NCBI GenBank assembly: GCA_965199855.1
Contig: OZ241326.1
Coordinates: 2,560,001 to 2,624,000 of the forward strand
Source: a bacterium
GTDB taxonomy: Bacteria; UBA8248
DNA: 64,000 nt
Direction: 5' to 3'
A program made the translations under genes and the position numbers. Positions 1 through 9,106 of the stretch are shown here, in pieces (the stretch's first letter is position 1; each line of letters starts with the position of its first letter). Under the pieces are notes generated by a model. It did no database searches and had not been told where the DNA came from. It was given only the letters and a program-made list of their open reading frames with translations.

Positions 1-1473
1 CGCATACGCGAACAGGTCGCCCATTCGGGCGTATGCGCTCGGCGGGCCCTTTTTCAGCGAAACGGCGTCGGCGCGCGTCCACTCCTCGAACAGGGGGCTT
101 CGCCGCCGAATCGCCCCGGTGGGCTCGATCAGCGCGCTGATCCCCGTATTGGCCGCGCGAACGATCGGCATCCGGAATTCCACCGCCCGGAACGCCACCA
201 TCGCCAGATGCTGCTCGGAGGCCGCCGTTTTCCCGAACCAGGCGTCGTTCGTGATGTTGACGAGAAACTGCGCGTCCCGCATCCGCCTCGCCACGCGGGG
301 GAAAATCGCCTCGAAGCAGATCAGGACGCCGAACCTGCCCGGAGCGGCGTCGAATATCGTGGGGTCGTCCCCGGGCCGGAACGTCCCGATCACCGGTGCC
401 AGACTCCTCACGAAAAACAGCAGGTCGCCCAGCGGAACGTACTCGCCGAAGGGAAGCAGGTGCATCTTGTCGTATCGCCCCAGTTCCTCGCCGCCCGGGC
501 CCGCGAGATACGCCGAATTCGTCAGCGCCGACGTCCCTCCCAGGTCGCGCTCCCCGAGGACGCCGAACAGCAGATAGGCGTTCGTCTCCCGCGCGAGGCG
601 GCGAATATACTCCCTCCTGTCCGCCTGCCGCTCATAGACGAAGGGCGCCGCCGCCTCCGGCCAGACGATGAGGGGGGGAGCCGACGGCCCGTTTTTCGGA
701 AAGCGGCTCCTGAGCTCCTTCGTCAGCCTTCCCATCTTCTCGACGATGGCCTTCTGCCACCGGGGAGACCACTTCACGGACTGATCCACGTTTCCCTGGA
801 CGATGCCCACCGGGCGCGGCGCGGCCCGCGCCTCCAGAGGGACTTCGGCGATCCGCAGCCAGCCGTAGCCCAGCGCGCCCGCCGCCACGAGCGAAGCGGA
901 TGCGATCACGGCCCAGGGCGCCCGCCGCGGATAGCGAAAGAAATGCCAAATCGCCGCGTTGACGAACACGACGAGGAACGAAACCCCGTATACGCCCGTC
1001 AGATCGGCGATTTGAATGACGTACAGGGAGCGGTACTGGCTGTAGCCCAGCAGCGCCCACGGGAAGCCGGACAGGGCGTAGGCGCGCGCCAGCTCCAGGG
1101 AGACCCAGAGAGGCGCCGCCGCGAAAAGCGCGAGAAGCGAGCCGCCCGCCCGCATCCGGACCATGAAAAACGCGAACAGCGCGGGATACAGCGCCAGATA
1201 CGCCGCGAGAACGCCGGTAATCGCCCACGCGAGCGGGGCGGACAGACCGCCGTAGGCGGCCATGGAAATCTTCACCCACCAGATGGTGATTCCGAAGGAA
1301 ACCAGCCCGGTCAGCAGCCCCAGCGCGAACGCCTCGTGCGCCTTTCGGCCCTCGAGCGCCCACAAAAGCGGAACGAGCGCGACCCAGGCGAGAACCTCGA
1401 ACCGAAACGGCGGAAACAGGGAGGCCAGCAGAAGCCCCGAAAATATGGCGTACTCCGCGCTTCTCGACTTCAA
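1..1473 (-). CDS. lnt: Apolipoprotein N-acyltransferase (3' end runs off window)
   Basis: Manual translation of the minus strand (not in ORF track). TTG start overlaps the uvrC stop; hydrophobic N-terminus MKSRSAEYAIFSGLLLASLFPP; nitrilase-fold motifs YDKMHLLPFGEYVP, LICFE, NITNDAWFG and RAANTGISA. Confidence 0.93.
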   Translation of the reverse strand, partial: MKSRSAEYAIFSGLLLASLFPPFRFEVLAWVALVPLLWALEGRKAHEAFALGLLTGLVSFGITIWWVKISMAAYGGLSAPLAWAITGVLAAYLALYPALFAFFMVRMRAGGSLLALFAAAPLWVSLELARAYALSGFPWALLGYSQYRSLYVIQIADLTGVYGVSFLVVFVNAAIWHFFRYPRRAPWAVIASASLVAAGALGYGWLRIAEVPLEARAAPRPVGIVQGNVDQSVKWSPRWQKAIVEKMGRLTKELRSRFPKNGPSAPPLIVWPEAAAPFVYERQADRREYIRRLARETNAYLLFGVLGERDLGGTSALTNSAYLAGPGGEELGRYDKMHLLPFGEYVPLGDLLFFVRSLAPVIGTFRPGDDPTIFDAAPGRFGVLICFEAIFPRVARRMRDAQFLVNITNDAWFGKTAASEQHLAMVAFRAVEFRMPIVRAANTGISALIEPTGAIRRRSPLFEEWTRADAVSLKKGPPSAYARMGDLFAYA

Positions 1474-3383
1474 GGGCCGCTCGCCCCGCAGGCGCTTTTC
1501 TCCGCTTCTTCGGCGAGCGCGCCCTCTCCCCCGAGTTTTTCCCGCAAGGCGCTCACGATTCCGGGCGTGACGCCCTCCACCTCGAGGAGCGCCGCGTCGC
1601 TCGCCTCCAGCACCCCCCGCAGGCTTCCGAAAGCCCGCAGAAGCGCGCGCCTGCGCTTCGGGCCCAGCCCGGGCACGTCGTCGAGGCCGCTTCTGATGAC
1701 GGTCCGCCTGCGGCGCGCGCGGTGAAACGTCAGGACGAAGCGGTGCGCCTCGTCGCGAATCCTCTGAAGCATGAGCTTCGCCGCGCTCCCCTCCGCCAGC
1801 TGAACGGGGTCGGCGCGCCCGGGCAGGAAGATGACGTCCCGCGCTTCGGGGTTCTCGGCGCTTCTGCCCTTCGCAATCGCGCACAGCGCCACGTCCGCCG
1901 CGCCGAGCTCCTCGAGCGCCGAGGCGGCCGCGGAGAGCTGCCCCCGTCCCCCGTCGATCAGCAGCAGGTCGGGCATCTCGCCCCCCTCGTTCACCAGACG
2001 CTCCAGGCGCCTGAAAACGATCTCGCGCATGGCGGAGCAGTCGTCGGGCGACCCCGCCGCGCTCCTGATCTTGTAGCGGCGGTAGCCGTCCTTGAGCGGG
2101 CGCCCCTCCTGGAACATGACGCTGGCGCCGACGACGTGGCTGCCCTGGAGGTTCGACACGTCGAACGCCTCGATCCGCGCCGGCAGCTCCTCGAGCGCCA
2201 GCGCCCGGCGAATCTCATCGAGCGTCCTCTGCTCCTTCGCCGCCAGGACGCCTTCGCGCTCCTGGGCGCGCGCCGCGTTCTCGCTCGCCATCTCGACCAG
2301 GCGGCGCTTGTCCCCCCGGCGCGGATGAAAAACGGACACCTTCCTGCCCCGCCTCTCCGACAGCCACCGCGCGATGAGCGGGGCGTCCTCCACGGCGGAC
2401 GGCAAAAGCACCTCGTCGGGAAAAAACGTCTTGTCGCCGTAATACTGCTTCACGAACGCGGAGACGACCTCGCCGTCGGGAACGCCTTCGCGGGCGGCGA
2501 CCTGAAATCCCTGGTCGCCCAGCAGCCTCCCTCCCCGGATGAAAAACAGCCGAAACGCCGCCTTCCCCCCCTCCCGGCGGCAGCCGAGCGCGTCCTGGTC
2601 GCCCCCCTTCACGGACAGCATGGTCTGCCGCTCGGTGACGTGCTCGATTCCCCGAATCTGATCCCGCACCCTGGCGGCGGCTTCATACTCCAGGAGCCGG
2701 GAATGCTCCTCCATCTGCCCTTTGAGCCTTCGCGCCAGCTCCCGGTTCTTCCCCTTGAGAAAATCGAGGGCGTCGCCGACGCCCGTCCGATACGCCTCCC
2801 GGCTCTGAAGGTCGTCGCAGGGCCCCAGGCACTGGCCCATCTGGAAATAGATGCACCGCTTCGCCGTCTTGTCCTCGACGCCGCCCGCGCAGGGCCTGAT
2901 GTGAAACGTTTTCTGCAGAAAGCGAATGGTGCGCCTGAGGCCGCTCGCCGAGGGGAAGGGGCCCATGTAGGAATGGCCGTCTCCCGCGGGGCGGCGCACG
3001 ACGCTCAGGCGCGGATAGTCCTCGCCCGTGCTGAGCTTCAGGTAGGGGAAATGCTTGTCGTCGCGCAGCAGCACGTTGTGGCGGGGCTTGTGCTTCTTCA
3101 CGTAATTGCTTTCGAGGATGAGCGCCTCGACTTCATTGGCCGTCACGACGTGCTCGACCGTGGACAGCTCCTCCAGCATCTTCTGAATCCAGGGGCCCCG
3201 CCCGCTTCGCCCGGAGAAGTAGCTGCGCACCCGGCTCCTCAGGCGCAGCGCCTTGCCGACGTAGAGGACGGCTCCCGTCCGGCTCCTGAAGACGTAGATG
3301 CCCGGCTTCTCCGGCAAAGACTTCAGAAACGCGCGGTCCTCCCCCACGGGGATCGGGCCGGCGGAAAGCAGGGCATCGCTCAC
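1470..3383 (-). CDS. uvrC: Excinuclease ABC subunit C
   Basis: GIY-YIG N-terminus (PGIYVF..LYVGKA), RIEAFDVSN, LLLIDGGRGQ, RDEAHRF, C-terminal HhH GLGPKR. Confidence 0.97.
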   Translation of the reverse strand: MSDALLSAGPIPVGEDRAFLKSLPEKPGIYVFRSRTGAVLYVGKALRLRSRVRSYFSGRSGRGPWIQKMLEELSTVEHVVTANEVEALILESNYVKKHKPRHNVLLRDDKHFPYLKLSTGEDYPRLSVVRRPAGDGHSYMGPFPSASGLRRTIRFLQKTFHIRPCAGGVEDKTAKRCIYFQMGQCLGPCDDLQSREAYRTGVGDALDFLKGKNRELARRLKGQMEEHSRLLEYEAAARVRDQIRGIEHVTERQTMLSVKGGDQDALGCRREGGKAAFRLFFIRGGRLLGDQGFQVAAREGVPDGEVVSAFVKQYYGDKTFFPDEVLLPSAVEDAPLIARWLSERRGRKVSVFHPRRGDKRRLVEMASENAARAQEREGVLAAKEQRTLDEIRRALALEELPARIEAFDVSNLQGSHVVGASVMFQEGRPLKDGYRRYKIRSAAGSPDDCSAMREIVFRRLERLVNEGGEMPDLLLIDGGRGQLSAAASALEELGAADVALCAIAKGRSAENPEARDVIFLPGRADPVQLAEGSAAKLMLQRIRDEAHRFVLTFHRARRRRTVIRSGLDDVPGLGPKRRRALLRAFGSLRGVLEASDAALLEVEGVTPGIVSALREKLGGEGALAEEAEKSACGASGP

Positions 3384-5389
3384 GTCGCGGCCTTGACCGT
3401 CTTGAGGCCGAGCTGGCGGCGCTCGATGGCGAGAATCCGGTCGCGTATCCCGGCCGCCTTCTCGAATTCGAGCCTCTGCGCCGCCTCGCGCATCCGGGCG
3501 CGAAGCTCCTCCAGGGCCGATGCGTCCGTCTCCGAAAGCGGGGGCGGCTCCGCGTCCTCCGGGCCGAGCAGCGCGTCGAAATCCGGATCGGCGGAGGCTT
3601 CGAGAAGATCGTCCATCCTGCGGCTGATGGAGCGGGGGACGATTCCGTTCGCCTCGTTGTAGGCGAGCTGCGCGCTCCTTCTTCTGCCCATCTCGTCGAG
3701 GGCGCGGCGCATGCTGTCGGTGACGCGATCCGCATACATGATGACGCGGCCGTTGACGTGTCTGGCCGCGCGGCCCGAGGTCTGAATCAGGGAGGTGTCC
3801 GAGCGCAGGAACCCCTCCTTGTCCGCGTCGAATACGGCCACCAGGGCGACTTCGGGCAAATCCAGTCCCTCGCGCAACAGGTTGATGCCGATCAGCGCGT
3901 CGAACGCGCCCGAGCGCAGATCGCGGATGATCCGCACCCGCTCGAGGGCGTCGATGTCGCTGTGCATATACCGGACCCGGACGCCCAGCTCCTCGTAGTA
4001 TTCCGTCAAATCCTCGGAAAACCTCTTCGTCAGCGTGGTGACGAGCGCCCGATCTCCCGCCGCCGCCGCCCGGCGCACCTCGGCCAGCAGGTCGTCCACC
4101 TGCCCCTGCACGGGCCGCACCTCCACCGGGGGATCGACCAGCCCGGTCGGCCTGAGCAGCTGCTCCACGACGACGCCCTCGCTTTTCTCGAGTTCGTAGG
4201 GGCCGGGGGTCGCCGAGACGTAGAGCGCGCTCCCCAGATTCGCCTCGAACTCCTCGAAGCGAAGCGGGCGGTTGTCCAGCGCCGAGGGCAGCCGGAAGCC
4301 GTAAGCCACCAGGTTCTCCTTGCGCGAGCGGTCTCCGCGATACATTCCCCGCAGCTGGGGGATGCTCTGGTGGCTCTCGTCTATCACCACCAGATGGTCG
4401 CGGGAGAAATAGGAGAACAGGGTCGCGGGCGGCTCGCCCCGCAGGCGCCCGTCAAGGTGGAGGCTGTAGTTCTCCACCCCGTGGCAGTAGCCGACTTCCC
4501 GGAGCATTTCGATATCCTGAAGGGTTCGCTGCTGAAGACGCTGGGCTTCATGGAGCTTGCCCCGCGCGCTCAGCTCCGCCGTCTGCTCCTCCAATTCCTT
4601 CTGGATGCCCTCGATGGCGGAGGAGAGCCTCTCCTCGGGCGTGATGTAGTGGCTGTTGGGGTAGAGCTCCGCCCGGTCGAGCTTTCTCGAAACGACTCCC
4701 CGCACCGGGTCGATTTCCGCGATGCCGTCGATCTCCTCCCCGAAAAACTCCACGCGAATCGCCTGCTCCTCCTCGTGGGCGGGCAGAATTTCGACGACGT
4801 CTCCGCGCGCGCGGAAGGAGGCGCGGCGCAGGCCCGCGTCCGAGCGGCGATACTGGATCCTCACCAGCTGCGCGAGCAGCTCCTCCCTGTCCATCTCCAT
4901 GCCGACGGAAATGTCGATGTGCAGATCGAAGTAGTCGGCCGGCGAGCCCAGCCCGTAGATGGAGCTCACGCTCGCCACGACGATGACGTCCTCGCGCATC
5001 AGGGCGGAGCGCGTCGCTGCGTGGCGCAGGCAGTCCAGCTCGTCGTTGATGGAGGCGTCCTTCTCGATGAACGTATCCGTCGTGGGCACGTAGGCTTCCG
5101 GCTGATAGTAGTCGTAGTAGCTGACGAAATACTCCACCGCGTTGTTCGGAAAAAATCCCTTGAACTCGTTGTAAAGCTGCGCGGCCAGGGTCTTGTTGTG
5201 GGCGATGACGAGCGTGGGCTTTCCGATCTTCTCGATGACGTTCGCCACCGTGAACGTTTTGCCGGAGCCGGTGACGCCCAGGAGAACCTGGTGGCTCCGG
5301 CCCTCCCGGAACTGCCGGACGAGGGCGTCGATCGCTTCGGGCTGATCGCCCGTGGGAGAGAATTTCGAGTGAAGCTCGAAGCTGCTCAT
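3380..5389 (-). CDS. uvrB: Excinuclease ABC subunit B
   Basis: LLGVTGSGKT, FVSYYDYYQPEAY, DESH, GINLLREGLD; start placed at ATG of MSSFEL. Confidence 0.97.
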   Translation of the reverse strand: MSSFELHSKFSPTGDQPEAIDALVRQFREGRSHQVLLGVTGSGKTFTVANVIEKIGKPTLVIAHNKTLAAQLYNEFKGFFPNNAVEYFVSYYDYYQPEAYVPTTDTFIEKDASINDELDCLRHAATRSALMREDVIVVASVSSIYGLGSPADYFDLHIDISVGMEMDREELLAQLVRIQYRRSDAGLRRASFRARGDVVEILPAHEEEQAIRVEFFGEEIDGIAEIDPVRGVVSRKLDRAELYPNSHYITPEERLSSAIEGIQKELEEQTAELSARGKLHEAQRLQQRTLQDIEMLREVGYCHGVENYSLHLDGRLRGEPPATLFSYFSRDHLVVIDESHQSIPQLRGMYRGDRSRKENLVAYGFRLPSALDNRPLRFEEFEANLGSALYVSATPGPYELEKSEGVVVEQLLRPTGLVDPPVEVRPVQGQVDDLLAEVRRAAAAGDRALVTTLTKRFSEDLTEYYEELGVRVRYMHSDIDALERVRIIRDLRSGAFDALIGINLLREGLDLPEVALVAVFDADKEGFLRSDTSLIQTSGRAARHVNGRVIMYADRVTDSMRRALDEMGRRRSAQLAYNEANGIVPRSISRRMDDLLEASADPDFDALLGPEDAEPPPLSETDASALEELRARMREAAQRLEFEKAAGIRDRILAIERRQLGLKTVKAAT

Positions 5390-5714
5390 GGCGACCGGCT
5401 GCCTCCGCCTGGACGGCCCGAAAAACAAGCGGACGAGAGTCTAGCGAATAAGGAGGGCCGGAGAAACCCCGCGGCTCAGGCGAGCCGGGCGGGGGCGAGG
5501 GATTTGTCCCACGCGCGGCGCGGGGAAGGCGGCGGCTCAGCGGACGCGGCGCGAGCGGCCCCGGCCTCCGGGGCCGCGCCCGCAGCTCCGGGCCCGCCTC
5601 CTCGGGCGCGCGGTCTCCTTTTTTCGCGTTGCGTTTCCGGCAGCTGCAGACCGCGTCCCCCCTTTATGTTGGCCCCGTCCGCGCCTGTCAACGCGCGGGC
5701 GCCTTCCGCCGGCA

Positions 5715-5743
5715 TTGCGAAAGCGGGCACCCGAAGCTATAAT
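5715..5743 (+). promoter_or_regulatory. Sigma70-type promoter for PBP1A gene
   Basis: TTGCGA (5715-5720), 17-bp spacer, TATAAT (5738-5743). Confidence 0.7.
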
Positions 5744-5804
5744 CGGGCCGCTTCGCCGGACGCGAGACGCCGCCGCGCGCCGCCATCCCAAAGAGGACCC
5801 TTCG

Positions 5805-8027
5805 TTGCTACCCCGTTCCCGACGCGGAAAAGCGGCCATCCTGACGCTGGGCGTTCTCGCCGTCGTCTGCGGAGCGGGCGTCGGCGCGGGCTTCAGCTAT
5901 CTATACGATTTTCCCGAAATCGAACGTCTGCGGAACTACCGGCCCAGCGCCATCACGCGCATCTACGCCGGCGGGGGCGAACTGCTCGCGGAACTGTATG
6001 AGGAAAGAAGGAAGCCCATCCCCCTGGGCCGGATTCCCGCCGCGCTGCGCCAGGCGTTTCTCGCCGTCGAGGACAGCCGCTTCTACGATCACCCCGGCGT
6101 CAGCTACCCGGACATCATTCGGGCGTTCGTCAAGAACCTGCGGGCGGGCGACTTCGTGCAGGGGGGGAGCACCATCACCCAGCAGCTGGCGAAAGTCCTC
6201 TTCCTGACGCCGGAGAGAACGCTCAGGCGGAAAATCCGGGAGGCGCTTCTCGCCCTCGAAATCGAGCAGCGCTTCACGAAGGACGAGATTCTCGAGTTCT
6301 ACCTGAACCAGATCTACCTCGGCGGCGGGGCGCACGGCGTGCAGGCGGCCGCCCAAATCTACTTCGGCAAGACCGTCGCCCGGCTCACCCTGGCGGAATC
6401 CGCCATGATCGCCGCGCTGCCCAAGGCGCCCGCGCGCTTCAACCCGAGAATCCATCCGGAGAGGGCGCTGGGCCGCCGGAACCTGGTCATCAGGAGAATG
6501 CGGGAGGCCGGCTTCATCACCGCCGAGCAGGAGCGGACCGCCCGCGAGGAGCCGATTCGGCTCGCCGCCCGCGCGGCCAATCTCGCGCCCGAAGCCGCCT
6601 ATTTCGTCGAGAGGACGCGCATCGGCCTCAGCCGCAGGTTCGGGAGGTCCCTCTACAGGAGCGGCCTCCAGATTCATACGACCATCGACGCGGATCTGCA
6701 GAAAATCATCCATCGGGCGCTCGTCGGCGGAATCGAAAAGATAAACCGGGCGCGCGGATTCAGGGCGCCCGGAGAGGAGGCGGGGAGGCCGCCGCGCCTG
6801 GGGGACGGGTTTCAGTTTCGCGCCATAGACGTCGCGGGAAGCGCGGCGCGCGGCCTCATCGGAGACCACGAAGCCGAGATGGCGCTTCCCGACCGCATCG
6901 AACCCCAAAGGCTCCGGGAGGGAGACCTCCTCCTGGGGCGCGTGATCCGGGTGGACGGCGCGCGGAAGAAGCTCTTTCTGGAATGGCAGCCGACCGTCCA
7001 GGGCGCCGTCGTCGCGTTCGACCCCGGGACGGGAGCGCTCCGCGCCCTGACGGGCGGCGTCGACTTCCGCCGCTTCCCGTTCAACCGCGCCACCCAGGCG
7101 CGCCGCCAGCCCGGCTCGGCCTTCAAGCCCGTCATCATCGGAACGGCGCTCTCCCAGGGCTACACGCCCGCCCACATTCTCATGGACACCCCCTTCGTCC
7201 GCCGGATGCCCGGCACGCTCCGGGAATGGAAGCCCAGAAACTACACCGACAGGTTCTACGGCCCCGTCACGATGCGCAGGGCGCTGGAGGCGTCCCTGAA
7301 CCTCGCCACCATCAAGCTGCTGGATCAGCTCGGCCCGCGGAAGGCGATCACCTTCGCGCGCCGGATCGGCATCCGCTCGAACATGCGCCCCTACCTCTCG
7401 CTCGCCCTCGGCTCGATCGAGGTGACGCCCTACCAGTTCACGGCCTCGTACATCCCCTTCGCCGCGGGGGGCGTATACGCGCGGCCCTACGAAATCACGA
7501 AGGTCACGGACGGAAGCGGCCGCGTCCTGGAGGAGAACGTGCCCATGGCGCACCGCGCCATCCGGCCCGAGGCGGCGTATCAGGTGAAAATGATGCTGCG
7601 GGGCGTCATCGAGAACGGAACCGGGAAAAAGGCCGGGGAGCTCGCCGCCTTTCTCGCCGGAAAAACGGGGACGACGAACGAGTATCGGGACGCCTGGTTC
7701 ATCGGGTTCTCGGAGGATCTCGTCGTGGGCGTCTGGGTCGGCCGCGACGACAACAAGCACATGGGCTACAAGGCTTCGGGAGGCGCCGCCGCCCTGCCCA
7801 TCTGGATCGACGTGATGAAGGGCTGGCTCGCGGGCAGGGACGCGGACGCCCGCCCGCCCGATCCGCCGCCGGGCGTCACCCTGGTGGAGGTGGATTCGCG
7901 CTCCGGGCGCCTGCCCTCGGCCTGGTGCGAGGGAAAGCCGATACTCGAGGCCTTCGTGGCGGGAACGGAGCCCTCCGAGCCCTGTCCTGAAAAATCGAGC
8001 CTGCCGGGACTGCTGGGCGGCGGCTGA
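5805..8027 (+). CDS. mrcA: Penicillin-binding protein 1A (bifunctional transglycosylase/transpeptidase)
   Basis: N-terminal TM; GT51 motifs EDSRFYDH and QGGSTITQQL; transpeptidase SxxK (GSAFK), SxN (SLN), KTG. Start moved to TTG 5805, after AGAGGA and downstream of the promoter. Confidence 0.93.
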   Translation: MLPRSRRGKAAILTLGVLAVVCGAGVGAGFSYLYDFPEIERLRNYRPSAITRIYAGGGELLAELYEERRKPIPLGRIPAALRQAFLAVEDSRFYDHPGVSYPDIIRAFVKNLRAGDFVQGGSTITQQLAKVLFLTPERTLRRKIREALLALEIEQRFTKDEILEFYLNQIYLGGGAHGVQAAAQIYFGKTVARLTLAESAMIAALPKAPARFNPRIHPERALGRRNLVIRRMREAGFITAEQERTAREEPIRLAARAANLAPEAAYFVERTRIGLSRRFGRSLYRSGLQIHTTIDADLQKIIHRALVGGIEKINRARGFRAPGEEAGRPPRLGDGFQFRAIDVAGSAARGLIGDHEAEMALPDRIEPQRLREGDLLLGRVIRVDGARKKLFLEWQPTVQGAVVAFDPGTGALRALTGGVDFRRFPFNRATQARRQPGSAFKPVIIGTALSQGYTPAHILMDTPFVRRMPGTLREWKPRNYTDRFYGPVTMRRALEASLNLATIKLLDQLGPRKAITFARRIGIRSNMRPYLSLALGSIEVTPYQFTASYIPFAAGGVYARPYEITKVTDGSGRVLEENVPMAHRAIRPEAAYQVKMMLRGVIENGTGKKAGELAAFLAGKTGTTNEYRDAWFIGFSEDLVVGVWVGRDDNKHMGYKASGGAAALPIWIDVMKGWLAGRDADARPPDPPPGVTLVEVDSRSGRLPSAWCEGKPILEAFVAGTEPSEPCPEKSSLPGLLGGG

Positions 8028-8029
8028 GC

Positions 8030-9001
8030 CTATTCGCCCTCCGGTTCCCGTTCGCCGAAAATCGCTTCGAGAAAAGCGTCCGCGTCGAAGTCGAGAAGGT
8101 CCTCCGCCGCTTCTCCCACGCCGACGTATCGCATCGGGATGCCGCTCTCGTAGGCGGCGCCCAGCGCCACGCCGCCCCTGGCCGTTCCATCCAGCTTGGC
8201 GAGGACGAGGCCCGTCACGCCCATCGCCGGGCCGAACTCCCGCACTTGCGAGAGGACGTTCTGCCCCGCCGCCGCGTCCAGGACGAGCAGCGCCTCGTGG
8301 GGCGCCCCCTCGATGAGCCGCCCCGCCACGCGCCCGAGCTTTTTCAGCTCCTCCATGAGATTCTTCTTCGCGTGCAGGCGCCCCGCCGTATCCACGAGCA
8401 GCGCGTCGGCACCGCGCGCCCGCGCCGCCCGGGCGGCGTCGTGCACCACGGCGGAGGAATCCGCGCCCTCCTGATGGCGGACGATCCCGCAGCCGCTCCG
8501 CTCCGCCCACGCCGCCAGCTGCTCGCCGGCCGCGGCGCGGAACGTATCCCCCGCCGCGAGCATGACCTTCTGCCCCCGAGCCGCGAGGCGCGAGGCGAGC
8601 TTTCCCGCCGTCGTCGTCTTGCCCGCGCCGTTGACCCCCACGAAAAAAACAACCCGGGGCGCGCCCTCGGGGGGCGTCCGCGGCGCGAACGGGGGCGGGC
8701 GCGAGGGATTCTCGAGGCATGAGCGCATGATCTCCTTCAGGCGCGCCCGCGCGTCCGCCCCGGCGCCCTCCCCCGCCTTGAGCCTCTCCATGAGCGTCCC
8801 GACGAGAGCGGGACCCAAATCCGCCATATAGAGCGCCTCTTCCAGCTCCTCGAGCGTCCCCTCGTCAAGGCTTCCGCCAAGCAGGCCGCTCACCCTGGAG
8901 AGGAAGCCTCCGCGCGTCCTCGCCAGCCCCCCGCGCAGGCGGCCGAACCAGCCCGCCCCGCCGGCCGCTTTCCCCGGTTTTTTTTCGGAATCAGGCGTCA
9001 A
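8030..9001 (-). CDS. ftsY: Signal recognition particle receptor FtsY
   Basis: GVNGAGKTTT, DTFRAAA, DTAGR, KLDGTARGG. Confidence 0.96.
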   Translation of the reverse strand: MTPDSEKKPGKAAGGAGWFGRLRGGLARTRGGFLSRVSGLLGGSLDEGTLEELEEALYMADLGPALVGTLMERLKAGEGAGADARARLKEIMRSCLENPSRPPPFAPRTPPEGAPRVVFFVGVNGAGKTTTAGKLASRLAARGQKVMLAAGDTFRAAAGEQLAAWAERSGCGIVRHQEGADSSAVVHDAARAARARGADALLVDTAGRLHAKKNLMEELKKLGRVAGRLIEGAPHEALLVLDAAAGQNVLSQVREFGPAMGVTGLVLAKLDGTARGGVALGAAYESGIPMRYVGVGEAAEDLLDFDADAFLEAIFGEREPEGE

Positions 9002-9034
9002 GGAGACGTCCCCCGGCCTCCGGCGCGCGCCGTG

Positions 9035-9070
9035 AAAAAACCGGCCCCGACGCCAGGGGCGCCGGGGCCG
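9035..9070 (-). terminator. Putative intrinsic terminator between smc and ftsY
   Basis: Minus strand CGGCCCCGGCGCC-CCT-GGCGTCGGGGCCG hairpin followed by T6. Confidence 0.5.
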
Positions 9071-9106
9071 CGCGCGGCGAAATTTTCTCCGAACGGCAGG
9101 GCGGCG

